A DNA stretch of 41,249 bases. It comes from an uncultured Candidatus Poseidoniales archaeon (GTDB lineage Archaea; Thermoplasmatota; Poseidoniia; Poseidoniales; Thalassarchaeaceae). Below the pieces are notes generated by a model. That model did not search any database and was not told the origin of the DNA. It saw only the letters and a program-made list of their open reading frames with translations. Shown here piece by piece: positions 37,181-41,249 of the stretch. The stretch is taken from the NCBI GenBank assembly GCA_964645485.1, contig CAZXZO010000001.1, positions 90,812 through 132,060 on the forward strand, in the 5' to 3' direction. The position numbers and the translations under genes were made by a program. Each line of letters opens with the position of its first letter. Positions within the stretch are counted from its first letter, which is position 1.

Positions 37181-38710
37181 TCATGATGTCGCAAGTTTCC
37201 ACGCTGAATTAATTTGTTCAATATCTCCGGCTCTTTGGTGAGCGAGTAGGTGAGATAGGGTTTGGTCAACTTTGAGAATTGGGTGCGCATCAGGTGTGTC
37301 AGCGTAAGCATAGTCAGCAATGAGAGTGATTTCACTAATTCCATTTTTCACCGCATCTAATACCCTAGCATGTCTAGCCCTTCTATGTGTGAGGTACCGG
37401 TTCAGTAGTTTCTCTGGCACGGGGGAAAGTGGGCCATGTGCAGGGAGTAGAATAGGTGGGTTTAAGTCGCGTAATTTCTCAAGACTCGATAGATAATCGC
37501 CCATATCGCCATCACTTGGTGGAACCAAAATTGTACCAACCATAACAGCCATATCTCCTGAAATAATACCAACTTCATTTGATAGACAAATATGTCCAGG
37601 GCAATGTCCGGGTGTCTCTAAAACACTCCATGTTCTTCCACTCAAGGTGAATGTGTCACCATCTTTCAGTACCTTGTCAGTATCACAAGGAGGAATCACT
37701 GTATGGGTTTCTGCTGTTGCCCAAATTGGTGCTTGATAGATTTCTGAAATCCGAGTTAAATCACCAATATGGTCTGGGTGGCGATGGGTGAAAATCGTTG
37801 CAATAACTTTGCTTCCAAGTGACCTTGCTGCCGTAATCCTTCTCTCAAGATATTCGAGTCCATCTTTGGATTTTGCAGCCGGGTCAACGACTACAATGTC
37901 GCCACCCATATCTCCTACAATGTAGCAATTAGTATGGGTGGCAGGTGGAAGCGTATGGGTTGGAAGTGGCACACATTCAACACTGGGTGCAAACTCAATA
38001 CGGTGCTCACCAGTGGGTGGATTTTCAGACATTAGTGATGTAGCCGATTGAATATCATCTCCTGATTTCTCTAGAGATTCAATTATATCGCGAAGAAGAG
38101 TGATTTGAGGCGGCGGAATTCTCATTTCACTATTATTCCAAGCATCTAGTGCTTGTTGTGGAGAAAGCCACCGGAATTCATCAAATTCGCTTCGCCCACT
38201 AGGTAGTTTTGGTTCTGGTGGATTTGGGTCGTGTAGGTGGAAAAAGCGGTTAGTAAACCGCATGGGTGCAAGTGGTGGTGTAGTTCTGATTGAGATTATT
38301 TTGAACCCATTGAAATTTGGAATAATGTCACCATTTTTTACTAAAGTGAGCCAATTTTCACCATTTTCTATTACTTCCTCTCGAACAGATTCTTGGACAA
38401 AATCAATTCCTTGTTGAGTATTTGTCCAGCCAACCTCTTCCACCATTTCCCGCATTAAAGCAGCAAGAGCCGCACCATCTTCATCCGGTGACAATTGAGA
38501 TAATTCTCCAGCAGCATGTTTGTCAAATTTTGACACACCACCTCCGGGAAATGCCCAAAAATCAGGGAATGAAGGCATCTGAGGAACCCTGTGACAAAAT
38601 AGGATTTCAGCACCATTATCGCCATCACGCGTAATCACTAGAGATGCTGAAGGTCGGATTCGTGGGTCTGCCATTTCAGGCATTACGAATCCTTCGGGGA
38701 CGTCACTCAT
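37181..38710 (-). CDS. NUDIX hydrolase / metallo-beta-lactamase fold fusion protein
   Basis: AFPGG...ALMREMVEEVG Nudix box; THRHPDH, TPGHCPGH, SGD and PAHG MBL motifs. ATG38710 follows GAGGGGT. Confidence 0.9.
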   Translation of the reverse strand: MSDVPEGFVMPEMADPRIRPSASLVITRDGDNGAEILFCHRVPQMPSFPDFWAFPGGGVSKFDKHAAGELSQLSPDEDGAALAALMREMVEEVGWTNTQQGIDFVQESVREEVIENGENWLTLVKNGDIIPNFNGFKIISIRTTPPLAPMRFTNRFFHLHDPNPPEPKLPSGRSEFDEFRWLSPQQALDAWNNSEMRIPPPQITLLRDIIESLEKSGDDIQSATSLMSENPPTGEHRIEFAPSVECVPLPTHTLPPATHTNCYIVGDMGGDIVVVDPAAKSKDGLEYLERRITAARSLGSKVIATIFTHRHPDHIGDLTRISEIYQAPIWATAETHTVIPPCDTDKVLKDGDTFTLSGRTWSVLETPGHCPGHICLSNEVGIISGDMAVMVGTILVPPSDGDMGDYLSSLEKLRDLNPPILLPAHGPLSPVPEKLLNRYLTHRRARHARVLDAVKNGISEITLIADYAYADTPDAHPILKVDQTLSHLLAHQRAGDIEQINSAWKLATS

Positions 38711-38763
38711 CGGACATCCCACATACCCCTCGCTTGAAATCTCTTGCACCCGTGGGGGCTGAT

Positions 38764-38922
38764 ATGAGCAGGGCCGACCCAATCGCTCCACTTCTCGAAG
38801 AGGTAGAAAAAGAGCGAAAGAGAAAGGCGATTACGGCACGAATTGGGAGAATTTCGCTAGCATGGTTCATGATACTCCTGATGATTGGTTGGGTTTCAAA
38901 ATACGCTTACCGATTAATCTGA
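38764..38922 (+). CDS. Small 52-aa membrane protein
   Basis: MSRADPIAPLLEEVEKERKRKAITARIGRISLAWFMILLMIGWVSKYAYRLI: charged helix plus one TM; fills a gap divergent from the NUDIX gene. Confidence 0.6.
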   Translation: MSRADPIAPLLEEVEKERKRKAITARIGRISLAWFMILLMIGWVSKYAYRLI

Positions 38923-39035
38923 ACATTAGGGTTAAATTCTAAGATTCACATTCCTCTTCATGTGTTTATCTTCCAGTAAACGAAGGTGATTTTTTCAGGG
39001 TAACATATTTGCCTAAATGCAGAGTCGTTGGTTCT

Positions 39036-40505
39036 ATGCGAGTGAAGGCCTTACTGATGTGCATCTTGATGTCTTCGTTTTCATTATCTGGTTGCTTCGG
39101 TACTGAGGCACCTGTTGAGGTCGTAGAAGACCTCTCTGGCCCCGAAGGAATCTTCGTTACAGGCCCGGATGGTTTGCCTGTTGATGTCGAACCACTTCCA
39201 CTGAATTTCACCTTCAGTAGTGTTGGAGAAGATGCACCAGAACCAAGTATTGGAGTCACATCAAGTGGTTGTGTATTTTTCATTGCTCTTGAGAAAGTTA
39301 TGCGTTCCTGTGATTATGGTGAATCATGGGAGGACGTCGCAGGTCCGATGTGTGCTTTCCAAACCAATGACCCGTGGGGTTGGGTTGATCCAGTTACTGA
39401 CCGGATATTCGCAGTTCAAATGCAAGGTCTTGAGACTTCTTGGATATGCTGGAGTGATGACGATGGTGAATCGTGGTTAGGTAATCCACATGACTCTGGG
39501 ACTACACCAATCAACGACCACATCAAACTGGCAACTGGCCCTTGGACAAGTAATGGCTACGGCATACTTGGTCAAGTCTCTCAATCATTCTATGAAACAG
39601 CAGTCTACTATTGTTACAACAAACTTGCTGGAATCTTTTGCTTCACCAGTTTTGATGGCGGGGCGACATTTGACACAGGTGGGCTAATCTTTGGATTAGC
39701 AACGACCAATGGTGGACTTCACGGTGCGATAACTTCGGCACCAGATGGCACCGTTTATGTGACTCCAAGGGTAGCAACTCCGACTGTAATCGTATCTGAT
39801 GATAACGGATTATCTTGGGTTGACAGAACCATGGGTGAGGATACTGGTACACCTTATCCTAGAAAGAATTCGGAGGTTGCTACTGACAGTGAATCAAATG
39901 CATACCACATTTGGACAGGAGCAGACGAAGGCGTCTATATGTCTAGGAGTACAGATTCAGGCAACTCTTGGGAACAAACCAGCATTCGAATCAGTCCTGT
40001 TGAAGTCATTTCGTCAGTATTTCCACAAGTTGATGCAGGTGACCCTGGAAGGATTGCGATTACTTACCTTGGCAGTGAAAATGCCAGTGAGTTGAATCAA
40101 TCAGACATTGATGGAAATCCATGGGATGGCAATGCTCACTACGCCAACGCCAATGTCAGTTACTATCTCTATGTCACTTACAGTTTGAATGCACTTGATG
40201 AAAACCCTGTTTTCCACACTGTTCGAGCCTCAGCAGATCCGGTGCAAATCGGTAGCATCTGTCTAAACAGTGGTGATTGCCGAGATATCGGAGGCTCAAA
40301 TCGGAACCTGCTTGATTTCAACGATTTGCATATTGACCAAGAGGGTCGAGTTTACATCGCGTTTGCAGATGGTTGCACTGGCGATTGTGCTACTGGAAAC
40401 AACTCTCAGCCAGAAGATTCCCGCAGCAGACTAGGCGTCATGTGCCATCTTGGAAGTGGACCAAGTCTTTACGAATCATTTGGCGATCTTGCAGAACCAA
40501 ACTAG
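39036..40505 (+). CDS. Lipoprotein with BNR/Asp-box repeats (sialidase-like beta-propeller)
   Basis: Lipobox LSGC; Asp-boxes SCDYGESW, SDDDGESW, SFDGGATF, SDDNGLSW, STDSGNSW. Confidence 0.85.
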   Translation: MRVKALLMCILMSSFSLSGCFGTEAPVEVVEDLSGPEGIFVTGPDGLPVDVEPLPLNFTFSSVGEDAPEPSIGVTSSGCVFFIALEKVMRSCDYGESWEDVAGPMCAFQTNDPWGWVDPVTDRIFAVQMQGLETSWICWSDDDGESWLGNPHDSGTTPINDHIKLATGPWTSNGYGILGQVSQSFYETAVYYCYNKLAGIFCFTSFDGGATFDTGGLIFGLATTNGGLHGAITSAPDGTVYVTPRVATPTVIVSDDNGLSWVDRTMGEDTGTPYPRKNSEVATDSESNAYHIWTGADEGVYMSRSTDSGNSWEQTSIRISPVEVISSVFPQVDAGDPGRIAITYLGSENASELNQSDIDGNPWDGNAHYANANVSYYLYVTYSLNALDENPVFHTVRASADPVQIGSICLNSGDCRDIGGSNRNLLDFNDLHIDQEGRVYIAFADGCTGDCATGNNSQPEDSRSRLGVMCHLGSGPSLYESFGDLAEPN

Positions 40506-40506
40506 T

Positions 40507-41004
40507 TCATCGGGCTAGATTATCAATCATAGCATCAATTGTTTCAGGATTCGCTTCTTTATCTCGTCCAGACATGCAAGCGCGGCCAATCACATCTGCT
40601 CCGAGGTAGGAAAATTGTTGTCGCATAGCCATTACGACATGGGCCCCTCCTCCTCCACTATGGGTGGCTAATCCAACTGGTTTTCCGGTACACAAAGTTT
40701 GGAAGTTTTTCCAATCTCTAGATAGCCAAGCAAGAGCGTTATTCAAGGTGGGAGGTATCGAACCATTGTACTCGGGAGCGATTATTACCCAAGCATCAGC
40801 TTCCATCATCTTACTAGACAAGCCAGAGATATCGGGTACTTCTTCGGAGATTTCTGTACGTGCCATAGTAAACATTGGTAGGTCCATTTCAGCCAAATCA
40901 ATAATTTCAGCATCATGACCTTTTTCTGTCGCGGTTGCAACAAAAGTGTCTGCAAGTTCACGGTTTGTGCCGGATGTAGCGGTTATCATCAGAAAGCGAG
41001 CCAT
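40507..41004 (-). CDS. NADPH-dependent FMN reductase (flavodoxin-like)
   Basis: ATSGTN phosphate loop, IAPEYNGSIPPTLNNALAW, GKPVGLATHSGGGG. Confidence 0.9.
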   Translation of the reverse strand: MARFLMITATSGTNRELADTFVATATEKGHDAEIIDLAEMDLPMFTMARTEISEEVPDISGLSSKMMEADAWVIIAPEYNGSIPPTLNNALAWLSRDWKNFQTLCTGKPVGLATHSGGGGAHVVMAMRQQFSYLGADVIGRACMSGRDKEANPETIDAMIDNLAR

Positions 41005-41077
41005 ACAACTGCGAGTGGTATTTTACTCTTGAAGTTGTGTGGAGTTATCAACACTTGAACAACAACGGTGAATGATG

Positions 41078-41249
41078 ATGTGGTAGCCCCTTCTAGATGC
41101 GAATCCTCGAACTAGCGCTTGCAAACAATTGAGTTCGAGGACGCGAAGCATCTTTGATGCTGACGCGCTTTCGAATCTGGAAGTTTAGAAAGCAATGTGG
41201 TAGCCCCTTCTAGATGCGAATCCTCGAACTAGCGCTTGCAAACAATTGA
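41078..41249. repeat. Noncoding direct repeat, 117-bp period, with internal palindromes (truncated by window end)
   Basis: 41078-41132 is identical to 41195-41249 (55 bp); 10-bp inverted repeat at 41104-41113 / 41132-41141. Confidence 0.9.

Noticed and set aside
41078-41249. CRISPR repeat or tRNA
   Set aside because: The repeat is at least 55 bp, longer than typical CRISPR repeats. GTTCGA is present but lacks a T-arm stem and cloverleaf.

Overview
Archaeal chromosomal window, most consistent with Marine Group II Euryarchaeota (Ca. Poseidoniales). This is inferred from archaeal core genes (radA, hel308, cgi121, rpoK, purP, rqc2) mixed with bacterial-type catabolic genes (thiolase, kynA, AstE-family, NUDIX-MBL) and large acidic Ca-binding surface proteins. 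It is densely coding, with about 33 supportable CDS. No tRNA, rRNA, CRISPR or transposase was recognised. The most unusual parts are: (i) a kexin/furin-like S8 protease co-oriented with a 989-aa lipoprotein whose C-terminal ~520 aa is about 21 regular strand + DxDxDG repeats, joined by an acidic linker containing a single Arg; (ii) an AT-rich two-gene block encoding a receptor-like membrane protein (TSP3 repeats, LDLa-like module, TM, Pro-rich linker, WW domain) and a surface Endonuclease I with a duplicated Trp-rich cytoplasmic tail; (iii) a 61-bp x3 repeat that copies a gene 3' end and carries 19-codon mini-ORFs on the other strand; (iv) a structured 117-bp-period noncoding repeat at the window end. 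All assignments come from manual motif recognition; no database search or structure prediction was run.
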